DNA from: an uncultured Actinomycetota bacterium
Lineage (GTDB): Bacteria; Actinomycetota; Actinomycetes; Mycobacteriales; Mycobacteriaceae
Reading direction: 5' to 3'
DNA: 64,000 nucleotides
Assembly: GCA_963824335.1 (NCBI GenBank)
Contig: CAWGPB010000032.1
Span: forward strand, 48,769 to 112,768
In this document: positions 10,936 to 19,842 of the stretch, piece by piece
Numbering within the stretch: position 1 is the stretch's first letter
Layout: each line of letters starts with the position of its first letter
Translations under genes and position numbers: made by a program
Notes under the pieces: model-generated
What the model saw: the letters and a program-made list of their open reading frames with translations, nothing else
What the model was told of the DNA's origin: nothing
Database searches by the model: none

Positions 10936-12234
10936 GTGTCCGCCGAACTGAGTCAGAGCCCGAGCACCCGGGGTAGTGGGCCGCTGGCGTCCTTTTCAGC
11001 GGCCGACGTCGACAGTGCGGCCACCCGAATTGCCGGCGTGGTCAGGCCCACCCCGCTGGAGCTGTCCGACCGGTTGTCCGCGACCACCGGGGCGACCGTC
11101 TACCTCAAGCGCGAAGATCTGCAGACCGTCCGCTCCTACAAGCTGCGCGGCGCCTACAACCTGCTCGTGCAACTGTCCGACGAGGAGAGAGCCGCCGGCG
11201 TGGTGTGCTCATCGGCGGGCAACCACGCGCAGGGCTTCGCCTACGCGTGCCGGACACTGGGCATCCGGGGCCGCGTCTATGTCCCCGCCAAGACTCCGAA
11301 GCAGAAGCGCGACCGGATCCGTTACCACGGCGGCGAGTTCATCGAGCTGATCGTCGGCGGATCGACCTACGACCTGGCGGCCGATGCAGCGCTCGCCGAC
11401 GTGGAGCGCACCGGCGCGACACTGGTGCCGCCGTTCGACGACCCGCGCACCATGGCCGGGCAGGGCACCATCGCCGTCGAAATCCTGGACCAACTCGGCG
11501 AGGAGCCCGATCTGGTCGTGGTCCCGGTCGGCGGTGGCGGATGCATCGCCGGCATCACCACCTACCTTGCCGAGCGGACGACCAGGACGTCTGTGCTCGG
11601 TATCGAGCCCGCGGGAGCGGCCGCGATGATGGCCGCGCTGGCCAACGGCGGACCGGTCACCCTCGATCACGTCGACCAGTTCGTCGACGGCGCCGCGGTG
11701 AGCCGGGCCGGAAAGCTGACCTACGCCGCGCTGGCCGCGGCCGGCAACATGGTCGCGATAACGACGGTCGACGAGGGCGCGGTGTGCACCGCGATGCTCG
11801 ACCTGTACCAAAACGAGGGGATCATCGCCGAGCCCGCCGGCGCGCTCGCGGTGGCCGGCCTGCTGGAATCCGACGTCGAACCGGGATCCACCGTGGTGTG
11901 CCTGGTCTCCGGTGGCAATAACGACGTATCCCGCTACGGCGAGATCCTCGAGCGGTCGCTGGTCCACCTCGGTCTCAAGCACTATTTCCTGGTCGACTTC
12001 CCGCAGGAACCTGGCGCGCTGCGCCGATTCCTGGATAGCGTGCTGGGCCCGAGCGACGACATCACGCTCTTCGAGTACGTCAAGCGCAACAACCGCGAGA
12101 CCGGTGAGGCTCTGGTCGGCATCGAGCTGGGCTCAGCCGCCGACCTGGACGGCTTGCTGGAACGTATGCGGGCCACCGAGATGCAGATCGAGGCCATCGA
12201 GCCGGGCTCGCCGGCCTACCGCTATTTGCTGTAG
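10936..12234 (+). CDS. ilvA: Threonine ammonia-lyase (biosynthetic)
   Basis: LKREDLQTVRSYKLRGA (PLP lysine), SAGNHAQG, PVGGGG, C-terminal regulatory domain FPQEPGALRRF. Confidence 0.97.
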   Translation: MSAELSQSPSTRGSGPLASFSAADVDSAATRIAGVVRPTPLELSDRLSATTGATVYLKREDLQTVRSYKLRGAYNLLVQLSDEERAAGVVCSSAGNHAQGFAYACRTLGIRGRVYVPAKTPKQKRDRIRYHGGEFIELIVGGSTYDLAADAALADVERTGATLVPPFDDPRTMAGQGTIAVEILDQLGEEPDLVVVPVGGGGCIAGITTYLAERTTRTSVLGIEPAGAAAMMAALANGGPVTLDHVDQFVDGAAVSRAGKLTYAALAAAGNMVAITTVDEGAVCTAMLDLYQNEGIIAEPAGALAVAGLLESDVEPGSTVVCLVSGGNNDVSRYGEILERSLVHLGLKHYFLVDFPQEPGALRRFLDSVLGPSDDITLFEYVKRNNRETGEALVGIELGSAADLDGLLERMRATEMQIEAIEPGSPAYRYLL

Positions 12235-12241
12235 GCACAGG

Positions 12242-12922
12242 TCAGCGGGTTTCTACGACCCGCTGCGCGATATCGGCCAAGCGCACGTTCATCTGTTGCG
12301 ACAGCTTCCGCAGCATCTCGAACGCGCCGACGGCGTCGACACTGTAGCGCTCCATCAAAATCCCCTTTGCCTGGCCGATCAGGTCCCTGCTGAGCAAGGC
12401 GGCCTGCAACTGTTGGCTTTCCCGGCTGGCGAGGATGGCTGCGGCGGCATGAGCCGCGAGGATCGAACCGATCATCTCTGAATCCGCATCGAAGCTGTGC
12501 GGGCGCCGCGAAAACACGTTCAGCGCGCCTGCGGTCCGATCTCCGGTGTACAGCTTGAAGGAGATACTGCTGCGGACGCCGAGTTCGCAGACCTCCCGCG
12601 AATACTCGCCCCAGCGGGTCTCGGTCTCGAAATCTTCGGTGCGGACCACTAATTCGTTGATTGCCGCGTCGACGCAGGGGCCGGCGTTGTGCTTTTCCTG
12701 CAACCGGTCCACGTCGTAGATCAGATCCGACGTGCCCGACAGCGACTCGAATTTGCCGCCCTTGGACACCAATAGGACGCCCGCTGTATCCGCGCCGTCG
12801 AGTAGCTCGACCGTCGTGGAAGTGACGCCGCTGAGGACAGCTTCGATGTCGCGCGGTGCTGCGACCGATCGAGCCAACTCGGCCATTCGCTGCGCCAAGT
12901 CGTGGGCCGGTGGTTTTGGCAT
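12242..12922 (-). CDS. GAF-ANTAR domain RNA-binding regulator
   Basis: GAF (GPCVDA, GALNVFS) plus ANTAR C-terminus (SRDLIGQAKGILMERY...AFEMLRKLSQQMNVRLADIA). Confidence 0.92.
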   Translation of the reverse strand: MPKPPAHDLAQRMAELARSVAAPRDIEAVLSGVTSTTVELLDGADTAGVLLVSKGGKFESLSGTSDLIYDVDRLQEKHNAGPCVDAAINELVVRTEDFETETRWGEYSREVCELGVRSSISFKLYTGDRTAGALNVFSRRPHSFDADSEMIGSILAAHAAAAILASRESQQLQAALLSRDLIGQAKGILMERYSVDAVGAFEMLRKLSQQMNVRLADIAQRVVETR

Positions 12923-12933
12923 ATCCCGCAGGG

Positions 12934-13110
12934 TTACCCCTTTGCGCTGGAACTACACAATGGCGCGCTACTCAGTGCTTCGACCACTGCCTCCGGCATC
13001 CCGGCGGTACTGGCCTCTGCAAAGGTCACGTAGCTGTCGGGGAACAGCGCCTTGAGGCGCGTTTCGATGTAATCGAGACGGGCTCTGGCGCCGTAGTCGA
13101 TTTCGCTCAC
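12934..13110 (-). CDS. Small hypothetical protein (58 aa), possibly truncated
   Basis: GTG 13110 is preceded by TAGCTT 7 nt upstream; MSEIDYGARARLDYIETRLKALFPDSYVTFAE looks like a real coding N-terminus. Confidence 0.45.
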   Translation of the reverse strand: MSEIDYGARARLDYIETRLKALFPDSYVTFAEASTAGMPEAVVEALSSAPLCSSSAKG

Positions 13111-13138
13111 ACGCGGAAAGCTACCCGATGGGCCTGCT

Positions 13139-13564
13139 CTAGCCCAGAAGTGCGATGGTTTCGTCATTGGCGCGAAACATCGGCTCGAGCGGGACCGCGA
13201 ATCGTTCGGCCATGTCGGTCAACGACTTCGACCACACCAGTTCGATGGTCGACGCCGGACCGCGGCCCGGGCCGGACAGCAGCAAGGCCACCGTCGTCCC
13301 CGCTTCCAGGTCGTCGAGCAGGGTCCTCAGCGAGGACATCAGGTTCCAGACGATCCGGCCGCGGGGCCGTGGGCGGACCGGCATGCGACCGAGCTTCTTG
13401 GTGAAGCAGCGGTCCGGCCCGATCAGGCCGAACCACAACAGCCGGGTGCCAAAACCCAACGGCCCCATCAGCGCACGCCACCGCTCACGCAGGTCCTGCG
13501 TGGAATGCACCGGATCGCAGGCGGTGTCGATGGGTGGGATCGGTAACAACTCGGAATGGGTCAT
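13139..13564 (-). CDS. Conserved mycobacterial hypothetical protein
   Basis: DLRERWRALMGPLGFG...VALLLSGPG...EPMFRAND; fills the gap between treZ and the small ORF. Confidence 0.7.
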   Translation of the reverse strand: MTHSELLPIPPIDTACDPVHSTQDLRERWRALMGPLGFGTRLLWFGLIGPDRCFTKKLGRMPVRPRPRGRIVWNLMSSLRTLLDDLEAGTTVALLLSGPGRGPASTIELVWSKSLTDMAERFAVPLEPMFRANDETIALLG

Positions 13565-13600
13565 CCGCGCATCATCAGCGCTCACGGACGAGCCCGGTAG

Positions 13601-15331
13601 TCAGTTATCCACAGTGCGCACGATCGTGAACGAATGCGGTGGCAGTTCGGTGATCTGCTCGCCGACGTCGATCGGTTCCGAGCCCAGCACCAGTTCACCG
13701 GTGATGGGTAGCGCGACCGGCTCGGCGCCGAGGTTGCAGGCGACCGTCAACCTGCCGCGGTGCATCGCGATCCATTGGCCGTCTTCGTCATATTCGACGT
13801 CCAGATTATTCAGCCACGGATCGCGCAGATCACTTTCGCTGCGCCGCAATGCGATCAGCTCCTGATAAACCCGGAGCAGTTTCGCGTGCTCGGCGCTGCC
13901 GAGTTCGGACCAGTCCAGCTTCGACCTCTGGAAGGTCTGCGGGTCCTGCGGATCGGGGATGTCGTCAGCATCCCATCCGTGGTCGGCGAACTCGCTTTTA
14001 CGGCCCTCGGCGGTGGCGCGGGCCAGCTCGGGTTCTGGATGGGAGCTGAAGAACTGGAACGGCGTCGATGCACCCCATTCCTCACCCATGAAAAGCATTG
14101 CCGTGTAGGGCGACGCCAGGACCAGCGCGGCCTTGATGGCCAGCTGGCCGTAGCTCAGGTTTTGCGACGGCCGGTCACCGAGCGCGCGATTGCCGACCTG
14201 ATCATGGGTGCAGGTGTAGGCCAGCAGCCGGGTAGCCGGGATCGTGAACGTGTCCAACGGTCGGCCGTGCCGCCGCTGCCGGAACGACGAATAAGTGGCG
14301 GCGTGGAAGAAGCCGTGGCGCAATGTTTTTGCCAACGTGGCCAGCGATCCGAAGTCGGCGTAGTAGCCCTGGCGCTCGCCGGACACCGCGGTGTGGATGG
14401 CGTGGTGGATGTCGTCATCCCACTGCGCGGTCATGCCCTGGCCGTGCTCCAGGCGAGGGGTGATCATGCGCGGGTCGTTGAGATCGCTCTCGGCGATCAG
14501 CGACAACGGCCGGCCGAGTTGCTCGGCCAACGCGTCGGTGTCGGCGGCCAACTCCTCGAGGAGGTGGATCGCGGTGGTGTCGAACAGCGCGTGCACAGCG
14601 TCTAGGCGAAGGCCGTCGGCATGGAAGTCCCGCATCCAGCGCAGCGCACAGTCGATGATGTAGCGGCGTACCTCGTCCGACTGGGCATCGGCGATGTTGA
14701 TGCCTTCGCCCCAGGGGTTGCTCGCCGAGGACAGGTACGGCCCGAACCGCGGCAGGTAATTGCCCGACGGGCCGAGGTGGTTGAACACCGCGTCGATCAA
14801 TACGCCCAGCCCCCGGCGATGGCAGGCGTCGACGAAACGAACCAAACCGTCCGGGCCGCCGTAGGGTTCGTGGACGGCGTACCACAGCACGCCGTCGTAG
14901 CCCCACCCATGCGTTCCGGAAAACGCGTTGACCGGCATCACCTCGACGAAGTCGACGCCGAGATCGACCAGGTAGTCCAGCTTCTCGATGGCCGCATCGA
15001 ATGTGCCTGCCGCCGTGAAGGTGCCGATGTGCAGCTCGTAGATCACCGCGCCCTGCAGCGTGCGACCAGCCCAGTCGCTGTCCGTCCACGCTTGCGGGTC
15101 GGGCTCCCACAGCTGCGAGTGCTGATGCACTCCGTCGGGCTGGCGGGGCGACCGCGGGTCGGGCAGCGGCGTCGACTCGTCGTCGAGCAGATAGCCGTAG
15201 CGCGCGTCCGGCGCTGCGTCGACGGTCGTCCGCCACCAGCTGTCGTCGCCGCGGACCATCGGCGACACCGCGCCGTCGACCTCGATGCGGACGGTGTCGG
15301 GTTTCGGTGCCCAGACGGCGAATTCAGGCAT
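13601..15331 (-). CDS. treZ: Malto-oligosyltrehalose trehalohydrolase
   Basis: FAVWAP, YELHIGTFT, WGYDGV, DGLRLDAVHA, HDQVGNR. Confidence 0.97.
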   Translation of the reverse strand: MPEFAVWAPKPDTVRIEVDGAVSPMVRGDDSWWRTTVDAAPDARYGYLLDDESTPLPDPRSPRQPDGVHQHSQLWEPDPQAWTDSDWAGRTLQGAVIYELHIGTFTAAGTFDAAIEKLDYLVDLGVDFVEVMPVNAFSGTHGWGYDGVLWYAVHEPYGGPDGLVRFVDACHRRGLGVLIDAVFNHLGPSGNYLPRFGPYLSSASNPWGEGINIADAQSDEVRRYIIDCALRWMRDFHADGLRLDAVHALFDTTAIHLLEELAADTDALAEQLGRPLSLIAESDLNDPRMITPRLEHGQGMTAQWDDDIHHAIHTAVSGERQGYYADFGSLATLAKTLRHGFFHAATYSSFRQRRHGRPLDTFTIPATRLLAYTCTHDQVGNRALGDRPSQNLSYGQLAIKAALVLASPYTAMLFMGEEWGASTPFQFFSSHPEPELARATAEGRKSEFADHGWDADDIPDPQDPQTFQRSKLDWSELGSAEHAKLLRVYQELIALRRSESDLRDPWLNNLDVEYDEDGQWIAMHRGRLTVACNLGAEPVALPITGELVLGSEPIDVGEQITELPPHSFTIVRTVDN

Positions 15332-17621
15332 CGGCGCGCTCCAGCAGTGCGACCGGCAGCTCGGCGAACAATTCGGTGGCCGGCACTGTCCCGGCGACCA
15401 CAGCGCCCGTCAGCGCATTGGTCCATGAGCCGTCCGGCAGCGTGACCGCGGTGTCGCCCCAGCCGGACTGCTCGAGTCGCACCGTCCAGCGGGTCACCGC
15501 GACCAGCACGTCGTCGCCGCGCCCGAACGCCACCAGGTGATCCGCGCCGACTCCGGCGGCCAGCACCGGGTGGTAGCCGCCGCGCAGGAAGGTGTCCGAC
15601 CTGTCGCGTCGCAGCTGTAAGGCGGCTTTGACGACTCGGATTTTGGTGTGCTGCAGCGACTTCAGTGCTTCGCGGCGGGCGGTGTAGTCCACCGCGCGCC
15701 GGTTGTCGGGATCGACCAGGCTGTCGTCCCACAGCTCGGTGCCCTGATACACGTCGGGGATACCGGGGGAGGTGAGCGACAGCAGCTTCTGGCCCAGTGC
15801 GTCGTTCTCGGCGTGTGAGTCCAGCCGCAGCACCAGATTGGTCAGCTCACGGACCACCGGGCCGTCGAGCATATCGTCCAGCCAGCCGTGCACGGCGCCC
15901 TCGAAGTCGGCGTCGGGGTCATTCCACGTGGTGTGCCACGCCGCTTCGCGGATCGCTTTCTCGGCGTAGGCGTGCAACCGGCCGCGTAGCTCGTCGGTGA
16001 CCTCACCGTCGGCCGGCCACACACCGAAAATGTTCTGCCACAGAAACAATCCAGTTGCGCGGTCGGGGGAGGGGACAATTTTCTCCCAGCGGCTGATGAA
16101 CTCCGTCCACAGCGACGGCACCTGCGACAGCACGCCGATGCGGGCGCGGACGTCCTCGCCGCGTTTGGTGTCATGGGTCGTCAACGTCGTCATCGCCTGC
16201 GGCCACAGCCGGGCCCGAGTGCCTGCGCGGGAATGGAATTCGGCCATTCCGACACCGAAGTCCTGTGGCTCGCCGCCGACCTCGTTGAGCGACACCAGCC
16301 GGGCGTCGCGATAGAACAGGCAGTCCTCGACGGCTTTGGCGGTGACCGCCCCGCACAGCTGCTGGAGTCGCACGGCGGCCTCGCCGCCGTCGGCCACGGC
16401 GGCAGCGATCAGCTGCAGCGGGAGGTCGAGTTCCGGTTGGGCAGATTGGGTTGCCGCCAGGGCGGTCGGCAATATCGCCGCCAGGGCCAGGTAGTCGCTG
16501 CGGTAGACGTCGATGTGGGTCAGCAACGCCGCCACCGCGGTGGGCAGCTGCGGGTGGTCAGCGCCGGCCGCTGCGACGATGCAGCGTCGCAGCCGGCCCA
16601 GCTCGCTGGCCAATGTCTCGGTGGTCGAAGAGATTTTGAGGTCGGCCAGCATGGGGGCGACCTGCCCGTAGTCGAACTCAGCGGATGCCACCAGCTCCGT
16701 CAGGGCCTGCTTCCCGGTGGGATCAATGAAAATCCCGCCGACCTCGCGTAGCGCGTCGTATCCGGTGGTGCCGGCAACCGGAAGAGCCGGATCCAGCGCC
16801 TCGTCGACAGCGAGGATCTTCTCGATCACGACCCACGCCCCCGAGCCGGTCAACTCGCGCAGCCAGCCGAGATATCCGGTCGGATCGGCCAAGCCGTCGG
16901 GGTGGTCGATGCGCACCCCGTCGACGAGCCCCTCGGCGAACCAGCGCGCCACTTCGGTGTGGCTGGTGTCGAACACGGCGCGATCTTCCTGGCGCAGCCC
17001 GGCCAGCGATGTGATCGAGAAGAAGCGGCGGTAACCGGTGACCCCGTTGCGCCAGCCGATGAGTTGGTAATGCTGACGGTCATGCACCTGGGGGCCGGTG
17101 CCGTCGCCGGTACCCGGCGCCAGGGGCAGCGCGAGATCACCCAGTCGTAACAGATCACCGTCGACGGTGAGATCGGCGACATCGTCGTCAGAACCGAGCA
17201 GCGGCAGCACAATCCGGCCATCGCCCAATTCCCAGTCGATGTCGAAGAACGACGCGTACGCCGAGGACCGGCCGTGCCGCAGCACGTCCCACCACCAGGC
17301 GTTCTGCTCGGGTTTGTCCACCCCGACGTGGTTGGGCACGATGTCGACGATCAGGCCCAGGCCGCGCGCCCGCGCTGCCGCAGACAACCGTGCCAACCCC
17401 TCCGGGCCACCGAGTTCGGCAGACACCGTCGTGGGGTCGGCGACGTCGTAGCCGTGTGCCGATCCGGCGACCGGGGTCAGAATCGGTGACAGGTACAGAT
17501 GCGACACCCCGAGATCGTCGAGGTAGTCGAGCAGATCCTCGGCATCGGCGAAAGTGAATCCGAACCCGCTGTCAGGCCCACGCAGCTGCAACCGGTAGGT
17601 CGACAGGACTGGAAATGCCAT
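15324..17621 (-). CDS. treY: Malto-oligosyltrehalose synthase
   Basis: STYRLQL, HGYDV, DIVPNHVG, YRRFF, GVRIDHPDGL, TTHDTKRGEDVRARI. Confidence 0.97.
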   Translation of the reverse strand: MAFPVLSTYRLQLRGPDSGFGFTFADAEDLLDYLDDLGVSHLYLSPILTPVAGSAHGYDVADPTTVSAELGGPEGLARLSAAARARGLGLIVDIVPNHVGVDKPEQNAWWWDVLRHGRSSAYASFFDIDWELGDGRIVLPLLGSDDDVADLTVDGDLLRLGDLALPLAPGTGDGTGPQVHDRQHYQLIGWRNGVTGYRRFFSITSLAGLRQEDRAVFDTSHTEVARWFAEGLVDGVRIDHPDGLADPTGYLGWLRELTGSGAWVVIEKILAVDEALDPALPVAGTTGYDALREVGGIFIDPTGKQALTELVASAEFDYGQVAPMLADLKISSTTETLASELGRLRRCIVAAAGADHPQLPTAVAALLTHIDVYRSDYLALAAILPTALAATQSAQPELDLPLQLIAAAVADGGEAAVRLQQLCGAVTAKAVEDCLFYRDARLVSLNEVGGEPQDFGVGMAEFHSRAGTRARLWPQAMTTLTTHDTKRGEDVRARIGVLSQVPSLWTEFISRWEKIVPSPDRATGLFLWQNIFGVWPADGEVTDELRGRLHAYAEKAIREAAWHTTWNDPDADFEGAVHGWLDDMLDGPVVRELTNLVLRLDSHAENDALGQKLLSLTSPGIPDVYQGTELWDDSLVDPDNRRAVDYTARREALKSLQHTKIRVVKAALQLRRDRSDTFLRGGYHPVLAAGVGADHLVAFGRGDDVLVAVTRWTVRLEQSGWGDTAVTLPDGSWTNALTGAVVAGTVPATELFAELPVALLERADA

Positions 17622-17624
17622 GCG

Positions 17625-19808
17625 TTACTTAGTCTTACAGAACACGAGTAGCGCCCGTCCGGGTAGTGAAACCTCGTCGCCGGCGTTCACGACAAGCGTC
17701 ACCGAACCGGTGGCGTCGGTGGTGTCCAGCACGGCGGTCCACTCCTTGGCGTAGTCGTCAGACGGAATCACGAAGTCGACCTCGTGGTCGTGGGCGTTGA
17801 AGCACATCAGGAACGAGTCGTCGACGACCCGCTCGCCGCGCCCATCCGGCTCGGGAATAGCGTCGCCGTTCAGAAACACCGCGATGCTCTTACCGAACTC
17901 ACCGCCCCAGTCTTGATGTTGCATTTCCTTGCCGGCCGGCGTCAGCCAGGCGATGTCGCGGACCTCGTCGCCGCTGCGGATCGGCTCGCCATCGAAGAAC
18001 CGGCGACGGCGGAACACCGGGTGGCTTTTGCGCAGCGCGGTGACTTTGCGGGTGAACTCCAGCAGTTCGCTGTTCTTGTCGACCAAAGACCAGTCCATCC
18101 ACGATAATTCGGAGTCCTGACAGTAGACGTTGTTGTTGCCCCGTTGGGTGCGGCCGATCTCGTCGCCGTGGGCGATCATCGGTGTGCCCTGACTGATCAT
18201 CAGCGTGGCCATGATGTTGCGCATCTGTCGGCGGCGTAGGTCGAGGATCTCGGGGTCGTCGGTCGGGCCCTCGACGCCGCAATTCCAGGAGCGGTTGTGA
18301 CTTTCGCCGTCGCGGTTGTCTTCGCCGTTGGCCTCGTTGTGCTTCTCGTTGTAGGACACCAGATCGTTGAGCGTGAACCCGTCGTGGGCGATCACGAAAT
18401 TGATACTGGCGCTCGGGCGCCGACTGCTCGCCGCATAGAGGTCCGACGACCCGGTCAGCCGGGACGCGAACTCGCCCAATGTCGCGGGTTCGCCCCGCCA
18501 ATAGTCACGCACAGTATCGCGATACTTCCCGTTCCACTCGGTCCACAAACCCGGGAAGTTGCCGACCTGGTAGCCGCCCTCGCCGATATCCCATGGCTCG
18601 GCGATCAACTTGACCTGGCTGACCACCGGATCCTGCTGCACCAGATCGAAAAACGCGCTCAACCGGTCGACGTCGTAGAACTCGCGGGCCAGGGTCGAGG
18701 CGAGGTCGAATCGAAATCCGTCGACGTGCATCTCGGTCACCCAATAGCGCAGCGAGTCCATGATCAGCTGCAGGGTGTGTGGGTGACGAGCGTTGAGGCT
18801 GTTACCGGTGCCGGTGAAGTCTTTGTAGAGACTGAGATCCTCGTCGAGCAGGCGGTAGTAGGCGGCGTTATCGATGCCCCGGAAATTGATTGTGGGGCCG
18901 AGGTGGTTTCCTTCGGCGGTGTGGTTGTAGACCACATCGAGAATGACTTCGATGCCCTGCTGGTGAAACGCCCGGACCATCGACTTGAACTCGGTCACCG
19001 CACCGCGGGCGCGCCGGTTGGCGGCGTATTGGTTGTGCGGGGCGAAGAATCCGAAGGTGTTGTAGCCCCAATAGTTTCGCAGGCCCAGGTCCAGCAGCCG
19101 GTGGTCATGCATGAACTGATGCACCGGCATCAGCTCGATCGCGGTGACGTTGAGCGATTTGAGATGCTCGATGATCGCCGGGTGCGCGAGACCGGCGTAG
19201 GTGCCGCGCAGTGCTTCGGGCACCGCGGGATGGGTCTGGGTCATCCCCTTGACGTGCGCCTCGTAGATCACCGTCTCGTGGTACGGCGTGCGGGGCGCGT
19301 GATCGTTGGCCCAGTCGAAGTATGGATTGATCACCACGCTGGTCATGGTGTGCCCGAGCGAGTCGACTCGGGGTGGCGTGCCGGTCTTGGCAGGGTCCTC
19401 GGCGGCGACGTCCAGGTCGTAGGAGTACAGCGCCTGGGTGAAGGTGAACTCGTCGTCGAAGCATTTCCCGTACGGGTCGAGCAACAGCTTGCTCGGGTCG
19501 CAGCGATGGCCCGCCGCCGGATCGAACGGACCGTGCACCCGAAAGCCGTAGCGCTGTCCCGGGGTGACGTCGGGCAGATATGCGTGCCAGACGTAGCCGT
19601 CGACCTCGTCGAGTCGGATGCGGAACTCCTGACCGTCCTCGTCGATCAGGCACAGCTCAACCTTGGTGGCGATCTCGGAGAACAGCGCGAAGTTGGTGCC
19701 GGTGCCGTCGTAGTTGGCGCCTAACGGGTAGCTGGCCCCCGGCCACACGGTGGCCAGCGCGGGCGGAGTAGCGGGGGCGCCATTGTTCGGGTCTGACGCG
19801 GGCATCAC
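17625..19808 (-). CDS. treX: Glycogen debranching enzyme
   Basis: NYWGYNT, DVVYNHTAEG, DGFRFDLA, AEPWD, HDGFTL; first gene of treXYZ. Confidence 0.97.
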   Translation of the reverse strand: MMPASDPNNGAPATPPALATVWPGASYPLGANYDGTGTNFALFSEIATKVELCLIDEDGQEFRIRLDEVDGYVWHAYLPDVTPGQRYGFRVHGPFDPAAGHRCDPSKLLLDPYGKCFDDEFTFTQALYSYDLDVAAEDPAKTGTPPRVDSLGHTMTSVVINPYFDWANDHAPRTPYHETVIYEAHVKGMTQTHPAVPEALRGTYAGLAHPAIIEHLKSLNVTAIELMPVHQFMHDHRLLDLGLRNYWGYNTFGFFAPHNQYAANRRARGAVTEFKSMVRAFHQQGIEVILDVVYNHTAEGNHLGPTINFRGIDNAAYYRLLDEDLSLYKDFTGTGNSLNARHPHTLQLIMDSLRYWVTEMHVDGFRFDLASTLAREFYDVDRLSAFFDLVQQDPVVSQVKLIAEPWDIGEGGYQVGNFPGLWTEWNGKYRDTVRDYWRGEPATLGEFASRLTGSSDLYAASSRRPSASINFVIAHDGFTLNDLVSYNEKHNEANGEDNRDGESHNRSWNCGVEGPTDDPEILDLRRRQMRNIMATLMISQGTPMIAHGDEIGRTQRGNNNVYCQDSELSWMDWSLVDKNSELLEFTRKVTALRKSHPVFRRRRFFDGEPIRSGDEVRDIAWLTPAGKEMQHQDWGGEFGKSIAVFLNGDAIPEPDGRGERVVDDSFLMCFNAHDHEVDFVIPSDDYAKEWTAVLDTTDATGSVTLVVNAGDEVSLPGRALLVFCKTK

Positions 19809-19842
19809 TCGACCTTAGTGGCGGCGGGTTCCGGTCGCCCGG

